A DNA stretch of 64,000 nucleotides from Schmidtea polychroa (taxonomy: Eukaryota): NCBI GenBank assembly GCA_044892525.1, contig CM097887.1:107052397-107116396 (forward strand). Reading direction: 5' to 3'. A model generated the notes under the pieces. It did no database searches, had not been told where the DNA came from, and saw nothing but the letters and a program-made list of their open reading frames with translations. Position 1 is the stretch's first letter. Each line of letters starts with the position of its first letter. Shown here in pieces: positions 1 to 6,644 of the stretch. The translations under genes and the position numbers were made by a program.

Positions 1-1
1 A

Positions 2-883
2 GGATTAGTATTTGCAGTGGAAAAATTTAGTCATTACCTATGGGGCCGAAAGGTAATTTTCTATACAGATCATAGACCATTGCAATGGCTGTTAAAACAT
101 AGAGACGAAGCATCAAAGTTAGTATGATGGGCATTGAGATTACAGCCATATAATATCGAAATTGTATATCGTAAAGGTAAAGCTAATGGTAATACAGATG
201 CATTATCATGAATGGAGCAAGAGCCCGAATTAGAAGATATAAAGGAATTAGAAGGGACAATCTTCATGCTAACAAGAGAGGCTAACACTTTGAGCGATTT
301 AGTAGAAGCACAGAAAAATGATGATGAAATCAATAAGATCAGACAAGCTATAGAAGCAAAGGCCATATCAAATGAACTTCAGAAATATTGGAGAAACATA
401 AAGATAAATTCATATTGGAAGAAGGTCGAATTAAATACGTGGAATCAAGAGATAATGTAATATTAGTGCCCAAGAAATACAGAGAATCACTATTATTACA
501 ATACCACGATGGAGCACTGGGAGGATATCTCTCAGCTAGCATACACTGTCAAGATTAAAAATGAAATAATTCTGGCCAGATATAAAAGATGATGTTAAAA
601 AGTGGTGTCAATCATGTAAGATATGTATAACCAGAAGGAACACAGGCAGGAAACCACATGTCCCATTAAAACCAATGTCAGTACCGTCCTCGCCAATGGA
701 GATGACTGCTATGGACGTACTAAGGCCCTTTAAAGAATCAAAGATGGGAAATAAATTTATCATAGTATTTTGCGACTACTTAACGAAGTGGCCCGAAGCA
801 TTCCCAATTCCGAATCATAAGGCAGACACAATTGCCAGAATCTTTGTAGAACAAATTGTATTTAGATATGCTTACCGACAGAG
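2..883 (+). mobile_element. pol: Degenerate Ty3/Gypsy LTR-retrotransposon pol remnant (RNase H C-terminus, integrase zinc finger and partial catalytic core)
   Basis: The frame from base 2 reads GLVFAVEKFSHYLWGRKVIFYTDHRPLQWL...KLV*WALRLQPYNIEIVYRKGKANGNTDALS*, a typical gypsy RNase H end. After frameshifts it reads LVPKKYRESLLLQYHDGALGGY...TLSRLKMK*FWPDIKDDVKKWCQSCKIC (HHCC finger), then PMEMTAMDVLRPF...NKFIIVFCDYLTKWPEAFPIPNHKADTIARIFVEQIVFRY (rve core, first Asp at 714-716). Stops at 125, 209 and 567. Confidence 0.95.
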
Positions 884-1181
884 AAAGGCTAGATTAGTGA
901 GTATTCCTGGTTGTAAAGGAATAAAGGCTTTGGATTGGTTTAGTATCAGAAAGGTAGCGAGTGTAAACCAGCCCCGCATAAATAAATTAATTAATAATTG
1001 TAGAGTTCAAAATACGTTAAACGGGACAACGAGAGATAAAACCTCAACTTGGTTATTCTTAATCATGATAGGGGGAGTAATTTGCATGATTTTAATTTTG
1101 ATATTAACCACCCTATGGATGCTTAGATTAAATATGCGGGATATTCGTTATTGGGAAATTATTTACGAAACCGAGGTATAG
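675..1181 (+). pseudogene. Chimeric junction ORF: integrase core fragment fused in frame to the env-like membrane-anchor tail of array unit 1
   Basis: Residues up to EQIVFRY are integrase. From KARLVSIPG onward the ORF is identical to the repeated 155-aa ORF. The switch is at 883. Confidence 0.85.
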
Positions 1182-1236
1182 GGGGAAAGTCTCACCATAT
1201 ACTAGGAAGTGTAAATATATATTTTATCTATTTTAT

Positions 1237-2256
1237 ATGTTATTTATATTAGTATGTAAACTAATGTGGGCTCAAATGAGCATCGGTAAAATCAGACATC
1301 AGCGTATGTCGACTTTGGTTACCCTGCGAGGGTCTATCACGAAAGTGATAAAAGCTGTTAATTATTTTATTTTTAGAAAAATGAATTATAACAGAGAACC
1401 AAAACCACCAGTCAAAGCAAATCGACGACACCCATTGGCAACGTACAATTCCCAGACTCGAGTTGAAACTGAAGTATATAGTACATACAAAGAAGAGTAC
1501 GTATACAGGTTCATCGGAACTACGGTCGCAGCAAAAATGAATCACCTCACCTCAAACTATTGGTATTATCCCAGGAGAGTGGATATTCCAAACGATTTCA
1601 AATTCGCAGGAGGGCCTCGAAAGCAAATGATGATAACGGTTATAAATAACCAAGGTAGATTAAAATTGGCGGAACTATGTAGAGATTATGGTTCATGTCC
1701 GAAATTGGAAAACATTTGGATCCATGCGATCAATAGGCCATTCACTGTGTTTATGGCGGGATTAGAGTTACCTGTTGAATTAGAAAAACAGTGTACCCTG
1801 GAGATATACCACGCTGATGGACGAGAACGGAATATTATGATCCAGGCAGCAGCAGTTGATACCATAATCGCAGTAGAAATCTTGGATTTCAGGAAGCCAT
1901 ACTCTATAGTTAGCAAAAACGAGCCAACTTGGATTTACAATGTAAATAAAGTTGATATACAGCAGTGTAAATCATTTGTGAGGAAGAAGTTAACCAAAGC
2001 CGAGGAGGACGAGGCTACAATTTTCATATCGGCAGGTTTTGCCAAATCCCGAATCGAACTGAAGGAGACAATTATCCAAATCGCAATTATGGATATGAGG
2101 GGAAATAATTTATTGAGTGCGGTAGTGACTCCCAGAGACCCTGTAAAACACTACCAAACGCACCAATACAAGTTAAAGGAACCTGATATTAGAGGAAACC
2201 TCGACGAAGATGATTGTTATCCTCTGATAAGATCTGCGATAAGAAAATACTTGTAG
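1237..2256 (+). CDS. ORF B (unit 1 copy, repeated in all units): unknown N-terminal domain plus the first half of a REX4/ISG20-like DEDDh exonuclease-fold domain; probable true start is ATG 1381
   Basis: 339-codon open frame, intact in 20 of 22 copies. The C-terminal IAIMDMRGNNLLSAVVTPRDPVKHYQT matches the spacing of REXO4-type VSIVN.YG....D.YVKP.EPVTDYRT. ATG 1381 has AAAA context and follows a TTTTTAG acceptor-like site. Confidence 0.7.
   Translation: MLFILVCKLMWAQMSIGKIRHQRMSTLVTLRGSITKVIKAVNYFIFRKMNYNREPKPPVKANRRHPLATYNSQTRVETEVYSTYKEEYVYRFIGTTVAAKMNHLTSNYWYYPRRVDIPNDFKFAGGPRKQMMITVINNQGRLKLAELCRDYGSCPKLENIWIHAINRPFTVFMAGLELPVELEKQCTLEIYHADGRERNIMIQAAAVDTIIAVEILDFRKPYSIVSKNEPTWIYNVNKVDIQQCKSFVRKKLTKAEEDEATIFISAGFAKSRIELKETIIQIAIMDMRGNNLLSAVVTPRDPVKHYQTHQYKLKEPDIRGNLDEDDCYPLIRSAIRKYL
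1358..1383 (+). promoter_or_regulatory. Candidate splice acceptor directly before ATG 1381
   Basis: TTAATTATTTTATTTTTAG|AAAAATG: TTAAT branch-like motif, T-rich tract, AG at 1375-1376. Confidence 0.4.
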
Positions 2257-2915
2257 GTATTTTGCTTAAAGATCTGATCTCGGTAGCCAATCTACCAGTG
2301 CAGCGGATACTGAGTATTCGTGACCTTTCTGCAAATAAACTATTAGAAACCAGAGGAGTCCCAATGATTCATGGTCATTACAGATTGGGATTCCCGACGA
2401 AAACTTTCCTGCGTACGGTTCCCGGAGAACCAAGGAATTTAGTGGTCACCAATGAGGCACTGGCGATACGTGCGGTTTATTTACATCTCAGAAACGAATG
2501 GTTAGACCATATCACGAAACCCCAGGAGGAATTCATTTCCGTAACTACAGCAGCGATAGTTGAGCAGGAAATGACGCAAAAGAAGAGATTACCCGAGCAA
2601 CCATCTACATCAGGGCAACCCAAGCCTAAGAGAAAATCACCTGTGGACTTACCACCGCCTCCAGCTATATCTATTGGAGAAGAAGATGAATATGAAACAT
2701 GCGTTAGCGAAACGGAGACAGCAAAATCACCCAAACAATCATCGGGAGCTGCCTATCAGCCAAAGGATAAATCGGAAAATGCGGTCAGAAAAGAAAATCC
2801 AGAAGGAGGCAAGGTGAAAAAGATGTTAAAGAAAATATTACCCATAAAAAGACAATTTTTTCAAATTTGTCAGACTTCCCGCCAACGGAAATTCTTCAAC
2901 GATGTCTTATTTTAA
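2214..2915 (+). CDS. ORF C (unit 1 copy, repeated in all units): -1-frame continuation of ORF B, with the second half of the exonuclease-like fold and a Pro/Lys/acidic low-complexity tail
   Basis: KILVG...IRDLS...EALAIRAVY parallels RILVGH...IRDT...DA.A.MRLY of REX4-family nucleases. It overlaps the end of ORF B. One extra base near the A-run at 2244-2247 would give a single 511-aa ORF from 1381 to 2915. Confidence 0.65.
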   Translation: MLSSDKICDKKILVGILLKDLISVANLPVQRILSIRDLSANKLLETRGVPMIHGHYRLGFPTKTFLRTVPGEPRNLVVTNEALAIRAVYLHLRNEWLDHITKPQEEFISVTTAAIVEQEMTQKKRLPEQPSTSGQPKPKRKSPVDLPPPPAISIGEEDEYETCVSETETAKSPKQSSGAAYQPKDKSENAVRKENPEGGKVKKMLKKILPIKRQFFQICQTSRQRKFFNDVLF

Positions 2916-3001
2916 AGCTCATTGCAATACCTTTCGAATGTGGTATAGAAATCCATATTATCAATATTATTGGTAAAGATATTATTTTTTCAAAATATTA
3001 T

Positions 3002-3070
3002 TTTTTCAAGGTCATTTATATTTTCAAGGTCATTTATATTTTCAAGGTCATTCATATTTTCAAGGTCATA
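3002..3070 (+). repeat. 18-bp minisatellite (TTTTCAAGGTCATTTATA), 4 copies per standard unit, 3 or 5 in variant units
   Basis: TCAAGGTCA at 3006, 3024, 3042 and 3060, exactly 18 bp apart. Unit 13 has five copies; units 17, 20 and 22 have three. Confidence 0.95.
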
Positions 3071-3231
3071 TTTTAAAATTTAAATTTTTAGAGTTCCCAC
3101 CAATGGAATTTATTGGCCGATGGCTAATTTTGAAGCCCACTGCAATACCTTTCGAATGACGTATAGATATTCATATTATCATTATTATTAATAAAGATAT
3201 TATTTTTTCAAAATATTATTTTTCAAGGTCG
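3006..3231 (+). promoter_or_regulatory. Homotypic cluster of NR5A (FTZ-F1/SF-1) / ERR-type extended half-sites
   Basis: Four TCAAGGTCA plus TCAAGGTCG at 3223-3231, all fitting the established YCAAGGYCR consensus. Function is untested. Confidence 0.4.
3190..3195 (+). terminator. Candidate polyadenylation signal AATAAA for the ORF B/C transcript
   Basis: AATAAA lies ~275 nt after the ORF C stop and is followed by T-rich sequence. The AT-rich context makes chance occurrence likely. Confidence 0.3.
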
Positions 3232-3277
3232 TTTATTTTTTCAAGGTTCAAAATCTGTTCAAAGCTACTGTTTTAGT

Positions 3278-3533
3278 CAATACGAACCAGATGAAATAAT
3301 CGGTTCCATCGCCAAAAGTGATGCTCATCCTATTTGAATATATGCCTGAAAGATTGAAAGATTCAAGTTGAAAGACCTGAAATTAGAAGACAATCACAAG
3401 AAAATATTATCCGGACAATTGATGTCCGGACTGCAATACTTGCATAATTTGAATATCGCCCACTGCAATATCAATCCAAAAGACATTTTCGATGATATGG
3501 CAGAATTAAGATTAAAGATTTCAAACTTTGGAG
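3278..3533 (+). pseudogene. Broken eukaryotic protein-kinase fragment (subdomains ~I and V-VII, CMGC-like), repeated in all units
   Basis: Three frames give QYEPDEIIGS (3278), VMLILFEYMPERL (3318) and QLMSGLQYLHNLNIAHCNINPKDIF...LKISNFG. These correspond to hinge FEYM, catalytic loop HRDIKP.N and DFG. It is frameshifted and lacks subdomains II-IV and VIII-XI. Confidence 0.8.
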
Positions 3534-4062
3534 GACGAATAATAAAATTGCGCTTATCGTCATATTAGAAAATGACCAGCGAGTCGAGAGATTAGTGCTC
3601 AACCATGCTTATCTAAGTAGAAGATGGACAATCAAACCAGATACCGTGACAAAGGCGAACATTTCGTATTTGGAATTTACGGAGAGAACCGGTTGGTATA
3701 CAATATATCAAGAAATAGTAAATCTAATACCTCCCACAAAAGGAGAACTAACTGGCAAAGAAGGAAAGGCTAGATTAGTGAGTATTCCTGGTTGTAAAGG
3801 AATAAAGGCTTTGGATTGGTTTAGTATCAGAAAGGTAGCGAGTGTAAACCAGCCCCGCATAAATAAATTAATTAATAATTGTAGAGTTCAAAATACGTTA
3901 AACGGGACAACGAGAGATAAAACCTCAACTTGGTTATTCTTAATCATGATAGGGGGAGTAATTTGCATGATTTTAATTTTGATATTAACCACCCTATGGA
4001 TGCTTAGATTAAATATGCGGGATATTCGTTATTGGGAAATTATTTACGAAACCGAGGTATAG
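3496..4062 (+). pseudogene. 5'-truncated type I membrane protein fragment, env-like (first complete copy, repeated in all units)
   Basis: The frame is open from 3496 to TAG 4062; the track's GTG start is not a eukaryotic start. It has NIS and NGT sequons, the hydrophobic helix WLFLIMIGGVICMILILILTTLWML and a short tail RLNMRDIRYWEIIYETEV. It has no ATG or signal peptide of its own. The env identity is inferred from topology and position after a gypsy pol. Confidence 0.55.
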
Positions 4063-6644
4063 GGGGAAAGTCTCACCATATACTAGGAAGTGTAAATATA
4101 TATTTTATCTATTTTATATGTTATTTATATTAGTATGTAAACTAATGTGGGCTCAAATGAGCATCGGTAAAATCAGACATCAGCGTATGTCGACTTTGGT
4201 TACCCTGCGAGGGTCTATCACGAAAGTGATAAAAGCTGTTAATTATTTTATTTTTAGAAAAATGAATTATAACAGAGAACCAAAACCACCAGTCAAAGCA
4301 AATCGACGACACCCATTGGCAACGTACAATTCCCAGACTCGAGTTGAAACTGAAGTATATAGTACATACAAAGAAGAGTACGTATACAGGTTCATCGGAA
4401 CTACGGTCGCAGCAAAAATGAATCACCTCACCTCAAACTATTGGTATTATCCCAGGAGAGTGGATATTCCAAACGATTTCAAATTCGCAGGAGGGCCTCG
4501 AAAGCAAATGATGATAACGGTTATAAATAACCAAGGTAGATTAAAATTGGCGGAACTATGTAGAGATTATGGTTCATGTCCGAAATTGGAAAACATTTGG
4601 ATCCATGCGATCAATAGGCCATTCACTGTGTTTATGGCGGGATTAGAGTTACCTGTTGAATTAGAAAAACAGTGTACCCTGGAGATATACCACGCTGATG
4701 GACGAGAACGGAATATTATGATCCAGGCAGCAGCAGTTGATACCATAATCGCAGTAGAAATCTTGGATTTCAGGAAGCCATACTCTATAGTTAGCAAAAA
4801 CGAGCCAACTTGGATTTACAATGTAAATAAAGTTGATATACAGCAGTGTAAATCATTTGTGAGGAAGAAGTTAACCAAAGCCGAGGAGGACGAGGCTACA
4901 ATTTTCATATCGGCAGGTTTTGCCAAATCCCGAATCGAACTGAAGGAGACAATTATCCAAATCGCAATTATGGATATGAGGGGAAATAATTTATTGAGTG
5001 CGGTAGTGACTCCCAGAGACCCTGTAAAACACTACCAAACGCACCAATACAAGTTAAAGGAACCTGATATTAGAGGAAACCTCGACGAAGATGATTGTTA
5101 TCCTCTGATAAGATCTGCGATAAGAAAATACTTGTAGGTATTTTGCTTAAAGATCTGATCTCGGTAGCCAATCTACCAGTGCAGCGGATACTGAGTATTC
5201 GTGACCTTTCTGCAAATAAACTATTGGAAACCAGAGGAGTCCCAATGATTCATGGTCATTACAGATTGGGATTCCCGACGAAAACTTTCCTGCGTACGGT
5301 TCCCGGAGAACCAAGGAATTTAGTGGTCACCAATGAGGCACTGGCGATACGTGCGGTTTATTTACATCTCAGAAACGAATGGTTAGACCATATCACGAAA
5401 CCCCAGGAGGAATTCATTTCCGTAACTACAGCAGCGATAGTTGAGCAGGAAATGACGCAAAAGAAGAGATTACCCGAGCAACCATCTACATCAGGGCAAC
5501 CCAAGCCTAAGAGAAAATCACCTGTGGACTTACCACCGCCTCCAGCTATATCTATTGGAGAAGAAGATGAATATGAAACATGCGTTAGCGAAACGGAGAC
5601 AGCAAAATCACCCAAACAATCATCGGGAGCTGCCTATCAGCCAAAGGATAAATCGGAAAATGCGGTCAGAAAAGAAAATCCAGAAGGAGGCAAGGTGAAA
5701 AAGATGTTAAAGAAAATATTACCCATAAAAAGACAATTTTTTCAAATTTGTCAGACTTCCCGCCAACGGAAATTCTTCAACGATGTCTTATTTTAAAGCT
5801 CATTGCAATACCTTTCGAATGTGGTATAGAAATCCATATTATCAATATTATTGGTAAAGATATTATTTTTTCAAAATATTATTTTTTCAAGGTCATTTAT
5901 ATTTTCAAGGTCATTTATATTTTCAAGGTCATTCATATTTTCAAGGTCATATTTTAAAATTTAAATTTTTAGAGTTCCCACCAATGGAATTTATTGGCCG
6001 ATGGCTAATTTTGAAGCCCACTGCAATACCTTTCGAATGACGTATAGATATTCATATTATCATTATTATTAATAAAGATATTATTTTTTCAAAATATTAT
6101 TTTTCAAGGTCGTTTATTTTTTCAAGGTTCAAAATATGTTCAAAGCTACTGTTTTAGTCAATACGAACCAGATGAAATAATCGGTTCCATCGCCAAAAGT
6201 GATGCTCATCCTATTTGAATATATGCCTGAAAGATTGAAAGATTCAAGTTGAAAGACCTGAAATTAGAAGACAATCACAAGAAAATATTATCCGGACAAT
6301 TGATGTCCGGACTGCAATACTTGCATAATTTGAATATCGCCCACTGCAATATCAATCCAAAAGACATTTTCGATGATATGGCAGAATTAAGATTAAAGAT
6401 TTCAAACTTTGGAGGACGAATAATAAAATTGCGCTTATCGTCATATTAGAAAATGACCAGCGAGTCGAGAGATTAGTGCTCAACCATGCTTATCTAAGTA
6501 GAAGATGGACAATCAAACCAGATACCGTGACAAAGGCGAACATTTCGTATTTGGAATTTACGGAGAGAACCGGTTGGTATACAATATATCAAGAAATAGT
6601 AAATCTAATACCTCCCACAAAAGGAGAACTAACTGGCAAAGAAG
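3764..6644 (+). repeat. Array unit 2 (2881 bp)
   Basis: Private C>A at 6136. Confidence 0.95.

Larger units (their letters stand above)
2905..3246 (+). repeat. Older diverged direct duplication inside the unit (~120 bp, offset 218 bp)
   Basis: CATTGCAATACCTTTCGAATG...AAAGATATTATTTTTTCAAAATATTATTTTT(T)CAAGGTC at 2920 recurs as CACTGCAATACCTTTCGAATG... at 3138, with many substitutions. Confidence 0.9.
883..3763 (+). repeat. Array unit 1 (2881 bp)
   Basis: Near consensus. The only difference noticed is A at 2346 (synonymous; others have G). Confidence 0.95.

Noticed and set aside
1175-1206. Helitron 3' end (imperfect hairpin followed by CTAG)
   Set aside because: The hairpin is weak and overlaps the CTAG, the next base is G rather than T, and there is no Rep/helicase sequence.
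1172-1215. Polypurine tract plus LTR start (GAGGTATAGGGGGAAAG ... TGTAAAT) after the env-like stop; alternative at ~2805-2825
   Set aside because: The position is suggestive, but I found no matching inverted ...ACA end, primer-binding site or target-site duplication, so LTR boundaries cannot be supported.
1255-1360. Hammerhead or twister ribozyme in the hairpin cluster
   Set aside because: No CUGAnGA/GAAA core arrangement or twister pseudoknot pairing could be built on either strand by eye.
2240-2256. Canonical programmed -1 ribosomal frameshift signal
   Set aside because: There is no X XXY YYZ heptamer and no stimulatory structure 5-9 nt downstream. It is kept only as an open question in the findings.
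1261-2734. Minus-strand ORFs of 94, 76 and 85 aa repeated in every unit (also 70-366 and 348-542)
   Set aside because: They are antisense shadows of A-rich plus-strand coding sequence with no recognisable motifs. They recur only because the unit is repeated.
3002-3070. CRISPR-like short repeats
   Set aside because: The repeats are contiguous with no unique spacers, there are no cas genes, and the context is eukaryotic.
2867-3076. 69-aa ORF ending in FKVIYI repeats
   Set aside because: It is a translation of the AT-rich region and 18-bp minisatellite. It starts at a non-ATG codon and its length simply tracks minisatellite copy number.
3368-3568. 66-aa ORF as a standalone functional kinase gene
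   Set aside because: TTG start, only subdomains VI-VII, catalytic Asp residues lost, and the last residues belong to the adjacent membrane-protein sequence.
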